NCBI GenBank assembly: GCA_017482355.1
Contig: JAFUNJ010000009.1
Span: forward strand, 165,229-229,228
Reading direction: 5' to 3'
Source: Clostridia bacterium
Lineage (GTDB): Bacteria; Bacillota; Clostridia; Oscillospirales; CAG-272
DNA length: 64,000 nt
This document shows positions 18,602 through 27,451 of the stretch, piece after piece (the stretch's first letter is position 1; the number at the start of each line of letters is the position of its first letter). A program made the translations under genes and the position numbers. Under the pieces are notes generated by a model. The model was not told the DNA's origin. It did not search any database and saw only the letters and a list, made by a program, of their open reading frames with translations.

Positions 18602-19461
18602 ATTTCGCCTCCCGACATTTTGTCTTCTATACAGCGCGCGATTATTTTTCCCGCCGTGACGGGTGCGACTCGTCCGGGTAAGCTTTGAGCGGAAATTACG
18701 CGCGTTCCGTGACGGATAGCGCCGACGGGATCAATGCCGCCCGGCTTTGATGCGAGCTCGATGACGGGAACGCCGTCGCGGAGCTTTGAAAGCATTTCTT
18801 CGTTCAGCACGGTCGTCGGGACGGTATTGAACACCGCGTCAAGCTCTTCCATTACGGGTGATAAAGAGGAATAATCGAGAGGCATCATGCCCTCGCTATC
18901 TGCTTCGGCGCGGTCTCTTTCCTTTCGTGCGGCTACTGTGACTGAAGCACCAAGCGCCTTAAGACGGCGCGAAAGGGCTTTTCCTATTCTTCCGTAGCCG
19001 AGAACGAGGCATTTGCTTCCGTCGATGGTCACGGGGGTATTTCCCATCGCAAGGGCGATGGCACCTTCTGCCGTCGGAACGGCGTTAAGATAATTGAAGG
19101 TCTCGTTTTCACAAAGATCGTGATATTTGATTTCGTTTTTGTCAAAGATCGCTGTCATATCGGTCGGGAATTTTCCGCCGAAAACGACCGCGCCCGGCTT
19201 TGCGTTTTTTGCGATCTCGGACGCGAGAACGCGCGGCGAGAGCTTCACGCTCGAAAGCGGAAAATTCATGTAGTCGCCGCGAAAAACGGGGATCGGAAGA
19301 AGTATCGCGTCGGCATTTTGAAGCGTATTCGAAAGCTCACAGCTTTCCTTATAGGTATCGAGGGCATAATGATATATTTTGTATCCCTGCTTCGTAAGCT
19401 CGTTTCCCGCGTGTAGCTGACGCAGGTCTCCGCCTATGAGCAAGACATTATTTTCAGTCAT
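18598..19461 (-). CDS. dpaA: Dipicolinate synthase subunit A
   Basis: LLIGGDLRQ N-terminus and NAD-binding GYGRIGKAL Rossmann motif. Paired with dpaB. Confidence 0.85.
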   Translation of the reverse strand: MTENNVLLIGGDLRQLHAGNELTKQGYKIYHYALDTYKESCELSNTLQNADAILLPIPVFRGDYMNFPLSSVKLSPRVLASEIAKNAKPGAVVFGGKFPTDMTAIFDKNEIKYHDLCENETFNYLNAVPTAEGAIALAMGNTPVTIDGSKCLVLGYGRIGKALSRRLKALGASVTVAARKERDRAEADSEGMMPLDYSSLSPVMEELDAVFNTVPTTVLNEEMLSKLRDGVPVIELASKPGGIDPVGAIRHGTRVISAQSLPGRVAPVTAGKIIARCIEDKMSGGEI

Positions 19462-19533
19462 ATTGTTACTTCCTTTCTTATTAACAGATTAGGTTTCCCC
19501 ATTACAGTTTATGAGAAAGAAAGTTACGCGCTA

Positions 19534-20235
19534 CTATATCTTCGTTTCTATTTCCTTGCGCAGACGCGATATTATTTTCTTTTCGAGGCGCGAAATATAG
19601 GACTGAGATATGCCGAGCAAGTCGGCGACCTCCTTTTGCGTCAACTCGTCACCGCCGTCCATTCCGAAGCGGAGGCGGATGATCGTCTGCTCACGCTCGG
19701 AGAGCTTGGAAAGCGCTTCCTCTATTGTCTTTTTGTCCTCGTCGAATTCCATGTTTCGGTATACGGTGTCCTCGTCTCCTCCGAGCACGTCGGAGAGCAG
19801 AAGCTCGTTTCCGTCCCAGTCTGTGTTCAGTGGCTCGTCTATCGACATTTCAAGGCGCAAGCGGGAGGTCTTTCTTATATACATAAGGATCTCGTTTTCG
19901 ATACAGCGCGAGGCGTAGGTTGCGAGCTTGATGTTTTTCTCGGCGTTGAAGGTGTTTATCGCCTTGATAAGTCCTATAGTGCCTATAGAGATAAGGTCCT
20001 CGATTCCCGTGCCTGTGTTCTCAAATTTCTTTGCGATATAGACAACGAGGCGCAGATTCCGCTCAACTAGCACCGAGCGGAGCGACGGCTCGCTTGAAAG
20101 GCGCGAGATTATGTCTGCTTCCTCTTCGTGGCTCAGCGGCGGAGGAAGCGTTTCGGGACCGTTTATGTAAAAAACTCCGTTTTTTCTTTTCAAAAGCCGC
20201 CGAAGCGCTTCCTTTACGATAGACAGTATCTTCAT
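19534..20235 (-). CDS. sigE: Sporulation sigma factor SigE (pro-sigma-E)
   Basis: ATG at 20235 with GAGGTG RBS. Blocks ALPPPLS-like ([11 protein letters not shown]), [50 protein letters not shown] and [13 protein letters not shown] match B. subtilis SigE as I recall it. Immediately downstream of spoIIGA. Confidence 0.9.
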   Translation of the reverse strand: MKILSIVKEALRRLLKRKNGVFYINGPETLPPPLSHEEEADIISRLSSEPSLRSVLVERNLRLVVYIAKKFENTGTGIEDLISIGTIGLIKAINTFNAEKNIKLATYASRCIENEILMYIRKTSRLRLEMSIDEPLNTDWDGNELLLSDVLGGDEDTVYRNMEFDEDKKTIEEALSKLSEREQTIIRLRFGMDGGDELTQKEVADLLGISQSYISRLEKKIISRLRKEIETKI

Positions 20236-20245
20236 ATTATTCACC

Positions 20246-21088
20246 TCAATTTATGAGAATTTCGGGCACGAGTGCGGAATAACCGCCGTAGCCGTTTTCG
20301 TCACCCATTGCGAGAAGGGCAGAGACCTCGGCGCCGTTGATAGTGATACTTTTGGGTAGGTAAGAAAAAAGCAGCTTATCTCCGCCTACAGAGCTTGACG
20401 GTATCAGCCGAACTGAGGTCAAAAGCTCAGGCGAAAGGTCGGATAGGGCGGTGGGGTCACTTTTTTCGAATATCGGGACGAGGGTTTCAGGCAAAAGAGA
20501 AAGGAAGTCCCTTTTTTGAAGGATGATGACGGGCTTGCCGCTCATTGGGTCGGTGAGAAGATTTCCGCTGTCTGTCATTGCATCGAAGGTGAACGTGCCG
20601 TTGTGACTTGTGACGGTCAGGCGGCAGGGGCGAAGCGACCGCTTTCGCTTTGCCATTCGTCCGCCCGCGATGGCGGCAACGCCTATTACGGCGGCGCTTA
20701 CCGCCATCCATCCGAGCGGTATTTTTTCCGGGAGATGGTTATTCTCCGTGGAATCGGTATTTATGCCGTTCATGAAGGTAAAGAACGCCGTCATCGCTCC
20801 GCCGAGCAGACACCCCGTTCCGTAGAAGAGGGCATAGCAGGGAAGAGTTCTTTTTTTGAATACGATGAGGCACATGAGGAAGGAAACGGCGAGGTTTATG
20901 AAAATGTTGATGAGAAGTATTCCCTCAATAAAGACTGACGCAACGCCGTAGATACCGCCGATAGCCGAGGCGATGCAAAGGCGGATGACGCGGATCTTTC
21001 GGCGTAAGATCGACGCTGTTACGAAGAGCGTCAGAAAGTCCATTGTGAAGTTTATGAGGAATAATATATCGGCGTAAATGGTTTGCAT
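20246..21088 (-). CDS. spoIIGA: Sigma-E processing peptidase SpoIIGA
   Basis: Five N-terminal TM segments ([22 protein letters not shown]...). C-terminal aspartic-protease-like region with DSGN ([18 protein letters not shown]). Position upstream of sigE. Confidence 0.85.
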   Translation of the reverse strand: MQTIYADILFLINFTMDFLTLFVTASILRRKIRVIRLCIASAIGGIYGVASVFIEGILLINIFINLAVSFLMCLIVFKKRTLPCYALFYGTGCLLGGAMTAFFTFMNGINTDSTENNHLPEKIPLGWMAVSAAVIGVAAIAGGRMAKRKRSLRPCRLTVTSHNGTFTFDAMTDSGNLLTDPMSGKPVIILQKRDFLSLLPETLVPIFEKSDPTALSDLSPELLTSVRLIPSSSVGGDKLLFSYLPKSITINGAEVSALLAMGDENGYGGYSALVPEILIN

Positions 21089-21100
21089 GGTGTTTTTTTC

Positions 21101-21213
21101 TCACCTTTCTTGTTCACCCAAGAAAGGTGACCAAAGAATGGTGCCAAGGGGCAAACCGATGAAAATTTGCTTCGCAAATTTTCAAACGTTTTCCCCTTTG
21201 GAAACCCCTTTCG
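21101..21213 (-). repeat. Intergenic repeat family B, copy 1 (inverted relative to the copy at 62571-62688)
   Basis: The reverse complement reads CGAAAGGGGTTTCCAAAGGGGAAAACGTTTGAAAATTTGCGAAGCAAATTTTCATCGGTTTGCCCCTTGGC..., near-identical to 62571 onward. Both copies end in a ~30-nt hairpin. Confidence 0.8.
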
Positions 21214-21398
21214 TTTTTAGCGGAGATTTTTATGTATTCATTATATACTTTTACCCATGAAAAATCGGTCGGTGCGTGGGGGCGAGAAATAATTTATTGG
21301 GGGACAAATATAGACTTTTTTGTAAATTATCGGTCACGGTGTTGTTATTGGGCGGATATTGTGGTAAAATGAATTCAACGAATATTTTGGAGATTATT

Positions 21399-22085
21399 AT
21401 GAAGAAGCTTGTTTCTTTGTTTTTTGCGCTATCTCTTTTACTTTCGGTGATCCCGATGATGGCACGCGCGGAGGTTCTTGAGACCGACGGTGGTATAATG
21501 TATACGGTTGAAAGCGGGGAGGTCGTGATTCAGGGCTTTAGCGGCGACGGAAGCGTTATGAACATTCCCGAAAAGATAGACGGTGTTCCGGTCAAGCGCA
21601 TTGCGGCGCAGACCTGCCGCGGTGACACCCTGATAACCGAGGTCCGTATTCCGAAAAGCGTGATTTCGATAGGCGAATACGCGTTTGCGGAATGCCCGAA
21701 TCTTACTAAGGCCGTGATCAGCGGCGGCGTTTTTATCGGGCGGTCTGCATTTCGCGACTGCAAGGCGCTTTTGACGTTGAAGCTTCCCGATACTCTCGAA
21801 AGTATTGACGATTTTGCCTTTGAGGGCTGTACGGTGCTCGGCACTGTGAAGATACCAAAGGGACTTGAACACATCGGCAATGATGCGTTTATGGGCTGCG
21901 AGCGGTTACGCTTTGAGCTGAACGGAAACGAGGCGGCTAAGGAATATGCGAGAAAGTATAATATTGATACGTCTTTTACAGATACCTGGGAGTTTACCCT
22001 TATTATGATCGTTCTCGTTACCTCGCTTCTCGGAGGCGGACTCATATTTGTCAATAAGAAGATGAAGAATAAAAAAAGACCCTGA
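21399..22085 (+). CDS. Leucine-rich-repeat (BspA-like) surface protein with C-terminal TM anchor
   Basis: Start moved to ATG 21399 (MKKLVSLFFALSLLLSVIP signal). Repeats of the type IPxSVxSIGxxAFxxCxxL. C-terminal TM LIMIVLVTSLLGGGLIFV plus KKMKNKKR. Confidence 0.75.
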   Translation: MKKLVSLFFALSLLLSVIPMMARAEVLETDGGIMYTVESGEVVIQGFSGDGSVMNIPEKIDGVPVKRIAAQTCRGDTLITEVRIPKSVISIGEYAFAECPNLTKAVISGGVFIGRSAFRDCKALLTLKLPDTLESIDDFAFEGCTVLGTVKIPKGLEHIGNDAFMGCERLRFELNGNEAAKEYARKYNIDTSFTDTWEFTLIMIVLVTSLLGGGLIFVNKKMKNKKRP

Positions 22086-22097
22086 CGGGTCTTTTTT
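22072..22097 (+). terminator. Rho-independent terminator (overlaps the stop codon)
   Basis: AAAAAAGACCC-TGAC-GGGTCTTTTTT. Confidence 0.8.
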
Positions 22098-22104
22098 AGT
22101 GTTA

Positions 22105-22133
22105 AAAACGCCGCCCGATCGGGCGGCGTTTTC
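22105..22133 (-). terminator. Rho-independent terminator of the P-type ATPase gene
   Basis: Minus strand reads GAAAACGCCGCCC-GATC-GGGCGGCGTTTTT. Confidence 0.8.
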
Positions 22134-22136
22134 ATA

Positions 22137-24791
22137 TTATTCGTGACGCTTGTGTCTTGTGCAGAGCTTGACAAGCTCGACGATCGGGATCGTTGAGAAT
22201 GCAAGACCGATAGCAATAGCGTATTCCTCCCATCCGATCGGAACGAATCCGAAGAGGTTGCTGAGGAAGGGGATCTCGACAAGTGCGGTGGTGAGCACTA
22301 GAGATACGAGCATCGAGCCCCAAAGGATCATATTGTGTGTCTTAAGCTTGAAAATAGATCCGTGAGAACGGAGGTTGAAGGAATGGAATATCTCCGACAT
22401 CGACATAGCGAGGAACGCAAGCGTTATACCGTGGTCACTGTTACCGATGCCCCAATGGTTGAACTGGAAGCGGTAGCCGATAAAGTACGCGGCAAGCGTG
22501 ATCGCCGAGATCATAAGACCCTGATATGCGATATTGAAGCCCATGCCGCCCGCAAAGATGCCTTCGTTGCTCTTACGCGGCTTGCGAGTCATGATGTTCG
22601 GCTCTGCCTTTTCGGTTCCGAGCGCGAGCGCGGGAACGGAGTCGGTTACGAGGTTGATGAAGAGGAGGTGCGGTGCCTTAAGGATCGTGAATCCGCAAAG
22701 AGTTGCGGTGAATACGCTTATGACCTCGGAGAGGTTAGAGGAGAGAAGGAACTGGATACACTTCGTGATGTTATCGTAGATTCTTCTTCCTTCCGCGACT
22801 GCGGAGACGATGGTTGCGAAGTTATCGTCGGCGAGTATCATGTCGGCGACGTTCTTTGTAACGTCGGTTCCCGTTATACCCATACCGATACCGATGTCGG
22901 CACTCTTTATAGAGGGCGCGTCGTTTACGCCGTCACCTGTCATTGCGGTTACCATTCCGCGCTTACGCCAAGCGTTAACTATTCTCGTCTTATGCTCGGG
23001 CTGTACGCGTGCGTAGACAGAATACTTCGTTACTGCCTCGTCGAATTCCTCGTCGGTGTACTTATCTATCTCGGCACCTGTTATTGCTTCCGATGCGTCG
23101 GAGATGATTCCGAGTGTCTTCGCGATAGCTACTGCGGTGTCCTTATGGTCACCGGTTATCATTATCGGACGGACGCCGGCAAGCACGCACTGCTTAACTG
23201 CCTCGGTTACCTCGGGACGAACGGGGTCGATCATTCCGACAAGACCGATGAACACAAGATCGTGCTCAAGAGCATCGGGCGAGCAGTCACTCGGCATTGC
23301 GGGGTGCTTCTTGTATGCGCAGGCGAGAACGCGGAGTGCCTGAGAGGCGAAGTCGGTGTTTTTGCCGAGTATTTCCGCCTTGTATGCGTCGGTAAGCGCG
23401 ACCTCGCTTCCGTTTACGAGTATCTTCGTGCAACGCGCGAGAAGCTCGTCGGGCGCGCCCTTGGTGTACTGAATTATATTACCGTTATCGTTATGAACGG
23501 TAGACATCATCTTTCTTCCCGAGTCGAAGGGAGCTTCGCCTACACGGGGAGAGGTCTTTTCTATTTCAAGCTTGTGAAGACCGAGCTTTGTCGCATAGTT
23601 AACGAGCGCACATTCGGTCGGCTCGCCTACTGCTTCGCCGCTTTCATCGGGGCTTGCGTCGGAGCAAAGTGCCATACCGATAGCGAGGAGGTTATTGTCG
23701 CTTCCCCAGCTGTCAACGACAGTCATCTTGTTCTGAGTAAGAGTACCGGTCTTATCGGAGCAGATTATCTGTGTACAGCCGAGCGTTTCAACTGCGGTAA
23801 GACGGCGGATGATCGCGTTCTGCTTCGACATCTTGGTAACGCCCATCGAAAGAACGATGGTAACAACTGCCGCAAGTCCCTCGGGAATAGCTGCGACCGC
23901 AAGGGATACGGCCGGCATAAATGCGTCCTCGAGAATAACATTGAAGGCATTTTTCGCGGTGAGAACGTCTCTGTTCATGAACAGGGTAAAGCCGAACATG
24001 AATACGCAGATACCGAGAACGAGCCAGGTAAGTATCTTGGAAAGCTGAGAAAGCTTCTTCTGAAGGGGAGTTTCGCCTTCCTCTGCCTCGGTGATAGCGG
24101 TTGCGATCTTACCCATTTCGGTATTCATACCGATTCCGGTAACGACCATAACGCCGCGTCCGTAAACGACGACGCTTCCCATGTAGCACATGTTCTTTCT
24201 GTCTCCGAGCGGAACGTCACCGTTGCCGTCGGCTGTAAGAACATGATCGACCTTATCGGACGGGACACTTTCGCCAGTCAGCGCCGCTTCCTCGATCTTC
24301 ATGCTCGCGCTTTCGAGTATTCGTCCGTCGGCAGGGACCGCGTCACCCGCTTCGAGGACGACGATGTCACCGATAACGAGGTCTTCGCTTCGAACGGTAA
24401 CGAGCTTGCCGTCGCGGATGACCTTTGAGGTCGCCGCCGCCATTTCCTTCAACGCGTCAATGGCTTTTTCCGCTTTGCTCTCCTGAACGACACCGAGTAC
24501 GGTGTTGAGGATTACGACCGCGAGAATGATAAATACGTCGGTCGGGAGCTTATCGGGATGGAGCGAAAGCTCGGTTACTGCCGAAACGATCGCCGCGCCG
24601 ATAAGGACGAGTACCATCGGGTCGACAAGCTGGGAAATGATCCTCCGGAAAAGAGTTATCTTCTTTCCTTCTGCAAGCTTGTTCTTTCCGTCTCGTGCTT
24701 GGCGGGCTTCTGCCTCGGCGGTGCTCAGACCGTCAAGCGAAGAGGAAACGCCGCTCAGCACTTCTTCTTTTTCGGTTAGATAATGCTTCAT
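22137..24791 (-). CDS. Cation-transporting P-type ATPase (P2 Ca2+/Mn2+ type, YloB/PMCA-SERCA-like)
   Basis: 884 aa. Phosphorylation motif ICSDKTGTLTQNKM, TGES, MITGDHKDTA, TGDGVNDAPSIK, and ten predicted TM segments. Confidence 0.9.
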   Translation of the reverse strand: MKHYLTEKEEVLSGVSSSLDGLSTAEAEARQARDGKNKLAEGKKITLFRRIISQLVDPMVLVLIGAAIVSAVTELSLHPDKLPTDVFIILAVVILNTVLGVVQESKAEKAIDALKEMAAATSKVIRDGKLVTVRSEDLVIGDIVVLEAGDAVPADGRILESASMKIEEAALTGESVPSDKVDHVLTADGNGDVPLGDRKNMCYMGSVVVYGRGVMVVTGIGMNTEMGKIATAITEAEEGETPLQKKLSQLSKILTWLVLGICVFMFGFTLFMNRDVLTAKNAFNVILEDAFMPAVSLAVAAIPEGLAAVVTIVLSMGVTKMSKQNAIIRRLTAVETLGCTQIICSDKTGTLTQNKMTVVDSWGSDNNLLAIGMALCSDASPDESGEAVGEPTECALVNYATKLGLHKLEIEKTSPRVGEAPFDSGRKMMSTVHNDNGNIIQYTKGAPDELLARCTKILVNGSEVALTDAYKAEILGKNTDFASQALRVLACAYKKHPAMPSDCSPDALEHDLVFIGLVGMIDPVRPEVTEAVKQCVLAGVRPIMITGDHKDTAVAIAKTLGIISDASEAITGAEIDKYTDEEFDEAVTKYSVYARVQPEHKTRIVNAWRKRGMVTAMTGDGVNDAPSIKSADIGIGMGITGTDVTKNVADMILADDNFATIVSAVAEGRRIYDNITKCIQFLLSSNLSEVISVFTATLCGFTILKAPHLLFINLVTDSVPALALGTEKAEPNIMTRKPRKSNEGIFAGGMGFNIAYQGLMISAITLAAYFIGYRFQFNHWGIGNSDHGITLAFLAMSMSEIFHSFNLRSHGSIFKLKTHNMILWGSMLVSLVLTTALVEIPFLSNLFGFVPIGWEEYAIAIGLAFSTIPIVELVKLCTRHKRHE

Positions 24792-24825
24792 TTTTATTTA
24801 ATTCCTTTCGGATTTTTTTACAACA

Positions 24826-24958
24826 ATAAAAAATAACGAGCCGATGCACGGAAAAATGCCGCACACAGTCTCGTTCTTTAAGTCAAGTCAATCGGAAGAC
24901 GTTTTCCGCGGGATGGTTGGCTTGACACGCTTACGCGCAAACTACTCCCTATGTTACG
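24826..24958 (-). promoter_or_regulatory. Probable yybP-ykoY (Mn2+) riboswitch with intrinsic terminator in the ATPase leader
   Basis: Minus strand reads ACAUAG-GGAGUAG...GUCAAG...AUUGACUUGAC...AACGAGA-CUGUGU. The GGAGUAG loop follows a P1 5' arm (CAUAG) that pairs with CUGUG after a GAGA, as in the L. lactis yybP-ykoY RNA as I recall it. The 3' arm overlaps a terminator, AACGAG...CUCGUU plus UAUUUUUU. Confidence 0.6.
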
Positions 24959-24961
24959 GTA

Positions 24962-24990
24962 ATTTTAGCACATATTTCCTGATTTGTCAA
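24962..24990 (-). promoter_or_regulatory. SigA-type promoter driving the riboswitch-ATPase transcript
   Basis: Minus strand has TTGACA (24990-24985), a 17-nt spacer and TAAAAT (24967-24962). Confidence 0.7.
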
Positions 24991-25006
24991 GGAATTTGCT
25001 TCGATA

Positions 25007-25780
25007 TTATTTAAGAATTATTCCGCCCATCATAAGTCCGCGCTTGCCGTGGCTTGCGCGGTGAGAGAAAAATACGTCGTTTTCACATGAGGTACAGGAG
25101 GGGCAAATATTGATGTTTTCGTCTTTAACGCCCGAGAGGGTGAGGAGGTGTCGGTTCATGCTGGGGAGGTCTGCGTAAAATTTTCCCTCTGTCTTGGCAG
25201 GCGTGATGAAAGTCAGAAGCTCGCTTCCGTATTCTGCTTCCTTTACCGCACGAACGAAGGGGATATCGACCTCGTAGCAGCAGGAATGAATACACGGTCC
25301 TATCGCGGTCTTTATGTTCTCAGCCGACGCGCCGAGTGAGATCATCTTTTTTACTGCGCTGACGGCGATGCCGCTTACCGTTCCGCGCCAACCGGCGTGA
25401 ACGGCGCCGATAACTCCCGAATCATCGTAAAGAAGGATCGGAACGCAGTCCGCGACCTTGACGGTGAGAAGCAGCTCCTTTTCGCTTGTCACGAAGCCGT
25501 CGCATTCAAAGTGCCGTCCAAGGTCGTTTTTTGTTACGGTCTCAACGATGTTTGAATGTATCTGCTTTGCCGAGAACATATTTGAAATATCGCCGCCAAG
25601 TGCCGAAGCAAAACGGCGACGGTTTTCTCTTACGTCCTCTTCTGTCCCCATGCCGAGGTCGAGGGTGTCAAGCCCGTCTCCGTGGCTGACGCCGCCCTCG
25701 CGCGTCGAGAATCCGTGTGAGCAGCTTATGTTGTCCGATATTAACAGCGGCAATGCGCCCGATTTTCTGAATCCGCTCAT
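25007..25780 (-). CDS. pgeF: Peptidoglycan editing factor PgeF / YfiH (laccase-domain, purine nucleoside phosphorylase-like) family
   Basis: Conserved QIHSNIV..., ADCVPILLYD, HAGWRGT and CCYEV motifs of the YfiH/DUF152 family. Confidence 0.85.
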   Translation of the reverse strand: MSGFRKSGALPLLISDNISCSHGFSTREGGVSHGDGLDTLDLGMGTEEDVRENRRRFASALGGDISNMFSAKQIHSNIVETVTKNDLGRHFECDGFVTSEKELLLTVKVADCVPILLYDDSGVIGAVHAGWRGTVSGIAVSAVKKMISLGASAENIKTAIGPCIHSCCYEVDIPFVRAVKEAEYGSELLTFITPAKTEGKFYADLPSMNRHLLTLSGVKDENINICPSCTSCENDVFFSHRASHGKRGLMMGGIILK

Positions 25781-25948
25781 TTTCTTGTCCTTTCGATTTC
25801 ATATATCTATTATATTACATTTTTTGGTAATTATCAATAGAAAAGAGATGATGGGGAAAATCTTTGCTATCGCCTTTCTTGCAGGGGCGACCTCGGAACC
25901 CCAAAAACTCACTTCGCTCATTTTCGGAAACCCTTGCGTGTTCGCCTG

Positions 25949-26076
25949 ATGGCTCCCTTGTGCAAAGGAAGCTGTCGAGCGTAGCGAGACTGAGGAATTG
26001 TAATCCAGGGGGTTTCACTTAACAATCCCTCCGTCATTTGCTTTGCAAATGCCACCTCCCTTTGTACAATGGAGGC
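25949..26076 (+). repeat. Intergenic repeat family A, copy 1
   Basis: ATGGCTCCCTTGTGCAAAGGAAGCTGTCGAGCGTAGCGAGACTGAGGAATTGT...ACAATCCCTCCG...CCACCTCCCTTTGTACAATGGAGGC. Colinear with 55324-55446. Contains several internal hairpins. Confidence 0.8.
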
Positions 26077-26246
26077 ATTGGCGTTTTCCTGTTAGTGTCG
26101 GCTTTTCACATCACAAATTTCTTCGCGTAAAATAATTACTGTAAGGGCATCAAATTTTTCTTAACGCGAATATTATTCCCACGCCTGCCGAAAAATAGTA
26201 ATGTGCTCTTACGAAGAAGATCAAAAAAACCGAAAGGAAAAATATT

Positions 26247-26636
26247 ATGACGTGTAAACGCGGAGATATATTTTATGCCGATCTCAGTCCCGTCGTCGGC
26301 TCGGAGCAGGGAGGACTTCGTCCCGTTCTTATAATACAGAATGACGTCGGTAACAGGTACAGCCCGACGGTCATTGCCGCCGCGATAACCTCACGCACGG
26401 GAAAAAACAAGCTCCCGACGCATATAGGCGTTGAGGCGATGATAAGCTCCGACACATCAAGCGGCGGACTTATGAAGAACTCCGTTATTCTGCTCGAGCA
26501 GGTAAGAACGCTTGACAAAACCCGACTCAAAGAAAAAATGGGGCATCTTGACGACAGCGTTATGAGGCGCGTAAACGAAGCTATTGCCGTCAGCTTCGGG
26601 CTGGGCGGAACTGCACCGAACGAAATAATCGGTTAA
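26247..26636 (+). CDS. mazF: Type II toxin, MazF/PemK family endoribonuclease (EndoA/NdoA-like)
   Basis: [46 protein letters not shown]...KLPTH...[16 protein letters not shown] is close to B. subtilis EndoA as I recall it. Confidence 0.85.
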   Translation: MTCKRGDIFYADLSPVVGSEQGGLRPVLIIQNDVGNRYSPTVIAAAITSRTGKNKLPTHIGVEAMISSDTSSGGLMKNSVILLEQVRTLDKTRLKEKMGHLDDSVMRRVNEAIAVSFGLGGTAPNEIIG

Positions 26637-26693
26637 TACTTGAAAAAATCTGCATATCCGTGTATAATGTAGGTAAGAAACGGAGGTGCGGAA

Positions 26694-26984
26694 ATGAACG
26701 GAGTATTAGACCGTATATGCAAGACAGTCATTGACGAGGTCAGTCCGAGCAAGGTGATCCTCTACGGCGAAAAGAAAAACGGTGAGCAGCTGCGCGAGGC
26801 AAGCTTGCTTATCGTTGTAAAGGGCGACCCGAAGGAAGCCGAAAGACGGCTTTACCGTATTCTCGACTGTGACGTTGCATTCAACCTGCTCGTGTATAGG
26901 GAGGAAGATTTTCTCATTCTCGTAAAGGACGAAACGAGCTACGCGTACAGCATAATGTCGAAGGGCAGGGTGCTTTATGGGTAG
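26694..26984 (+). CDS. Minimal nucleotidyltransferase (MNT)-like protein, catalytic motif apparently degenerate
   Basis: Size (96 aa), VILYGEKKNGE...LLIVV layout and an 8-nt overlap with a HEPN gene fit MNT. The usual G-S and DxD residues are replaced (GE...ASLL). Confidence 0.5.
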   Translation: MNGVLDRICKTVIDEVSPSKVILYGEKKNGEQLREASLLIVVKGDPKEAERRLYRILDCDVAFNLLVYREEDFLILVKDETSYAYSIMSKGRVLYG

Positions 26985-27402
26985 AAGACGCGGAGGTCCG
27001 CACGATAGTAAAAGATATTTCGACTGGCTTGAGCGATCAGAATGTGACCTTGATTCCGCACGCATATTAAAGGATAATAACGGCGACAACTGCAACGCCG
27101 CATTTCACTGTCAGCAGTGCATTGAAAAGGCGCTCAAGGGGTATCTTCTCTTTAAAAACGGCAAGCACGTTGACGGACATAACCTGACATTCCTTTGCAG
27201 GAGTGCCTGCCGAATCGACAGGAAATTCGATGAGTGGCTCGACGAAAGCACTTCGCTCAACAGATACTATATCGAAACCCGATATCCGACCGACGTCGGT
27301 TTTGATATTACCGACGCGGAGCTTGACAAGGTCTATAAAATGGCTTACGATATGTACGTTTTTATTTTTGGCGTCATATCGGACGATGTCGTTAAAAAAT
27401 AA
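26977..27402 (+). CDS. HEPN domain protein
   Basis: AFHCQQCIEKALKGYLL...GHNLTFL...YYIETRYP matches the PF05168-type HEPN pattern (xHdL...sRYP). Confidence 0.7.
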   Translation: MGRRRGGPHDSKRYFDWLERSECDLDSARILKDNNGDNCNAAFHCQQCIEKALKGYLLFKNGKHVDGHNLTFLCRSACRIDRKFDEWLDESTSLNRYYIETRYPTDVGFDITDAELDKVYKMAYDMYVFIFGVISDDVVKK

Positions 27403-27410
27403 GGATGAAA

Positions 27411-27442
27411 AAAATACCGAAGCGGATGCTTCGGTATTTTTG
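27411..27442. terminator. Bidirectional rho-independent terminator
   Basis: AAAATACCGAAGC-GGAT-GCTTCGGTATTTTT, between convergent genes. Confidence 0.85.
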
Positions 27443-27451
27443 TTTGGCTGA

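Noticed and set aside
21089-21398. Looked for Spo0A boxes (TGNCGAA) and a classical spoIIG promoter upstream of spoIIGA.
   Set aside because: The only near-match (TTGCGAA on the minus strand, about 21166-21172) lies inside repeat family B, which also occurs upstream of transketolase. It cannot be taken as a specific regulatory site.
22335-24428. A 697-aa ORF on the plus strand, the longest uncharacterised ORF in the track.
   Set aside because: It lies entirely antisense to the well-supported P-type ATPase gene. It has a low-complexity, Arg/Gly/Cys/Val-rich composition, no RBS and no recognisable motifs. This is typical of a stop-poor antisense frame.
26090-26246. Searched for a MazE/EndoAI antitoxin gene upstream of mazF.
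   Set aside because: Only an 18-codon ORF overlapping the mazF start is present, and nothing of antitoxin size (about 80-95 aa) on either strand. I report this as an absence, not as a feature.
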